A stretch of 35,919 bases of DNA, from assembly GCA_045863235.1 (NCBI GenBank), contig BTUM01000081.1:1-35919 (forward strand), given 5' to 3'. The stretch comes from Candidatus Xenobia bacterium. GTDB lineage: Bacteria; Vulcanimicrobiota; Xenobia; Xenobiales; QWHO01. Shown one piece after another: positions 35,597-35,919 of the stretch (position 1 is its first letter; each line of letters begins with the position of its first letter). Below the pieces are notes generated by a model. That model searched no databases. It was given only the letters and a program-made list of their open reading frames with translations, and was not told where the DNA came from. A program made the translations under genes and the position numbers.

Positions 35597-35919
35597 CGTC
35601 CCGACGGGGTGTGCATGGAGTTGCCCGCGCATGTGCCTGCATGTCCGTGCACATCGGGGGCGGCCCGATGGAAATGTGCATGGAGGTGCCCGCGCATGTG
35701 CCTGCATGTCCGTGCACATCGGTCGGCCCGACGGGAATGTGCCTGGAGTTGCCGGCGCATGTGCCTGCATGTTCGTGCACATGGGGCGTCCCGATGGGAG
35801 TGTGCATGGAGTTGCCGGCGCATGTGCCTGCATGTCCGTGCACATCGGGCGGCCCGACGGGGAATGTGCATGGAGTTGCCGGCGCATGTGCCTGCATGTC
35901 CGTGCACATCGGGCGGCCC
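35597..35919. repeat. Tandem array of 63-64-bp palindromic units (5 or more, runs off the window end)
   Basis: Units start 35601, 35665, 35728, 35791, 35854; core TGTGCATGGAGTTGCCGGCGCATGTGCCTGCATGTCCGTGCACA. Confidence 0.95.

Noticed and set aside
35597..35919. CRISPR array, or Cys/His-rich repeat protein extending the porin N-terminus
   Set aside because: Linkers are near-identical, not spacers; mixed 63/64-bp units shift frame; the porin signal peptide starts at 35539 behind its own promoter

Overview
GC-rich bacterial window (diderm, judging by an outer-membrane beta-barrel gene). It is dominated by what looks like one Crp/Fnr (Dnr/HcpR-like) anoxia/NO regulon. Eleven TTGA(T/C)-N4-(A/C)TCAA-type boxes are scattered across the window. 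Ten of them have a (T/C)AnnnT -10 hexamer exactly 22-23 bp downstream, and many drive apparently leaderless mRNAs. Targets are a heme radical SAM-hemY pair, an FAD monooxygenase, a nitronate monooxygenase-like gene, nnrS, an Acg nitroreductase-methyltransferase-tryptophanase operon, a hemerythrin-like gene, an NnrS-like membrane protein, a second radical SAM, an alginate-export-type porin and a tyrosine phenol-lyase (TPL) locus. The regulator itself is in the window. The most striking object is the TPL locus (31226-33908): two tandem TPL folds with complementary loss of catalytic residues, i.e. an apparent single-active-site pseudo-dimer, split here by a frameshift. Also present are a collagen-like giant ORF, a hybrid kinase/PilZ/small-peptide islet, two palindromic tandem-repeat arrays, a candidate ~250-nt structured RNA, a vapBC cassette flanked by a duplicated gene end, a truncated ADP-ribosylglycohydrolase-like gene, a degenerate HD-GYP, a clan GH-A lipoprotein and gshA. 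All calls are from motif recognition by eye; no database searches were run.
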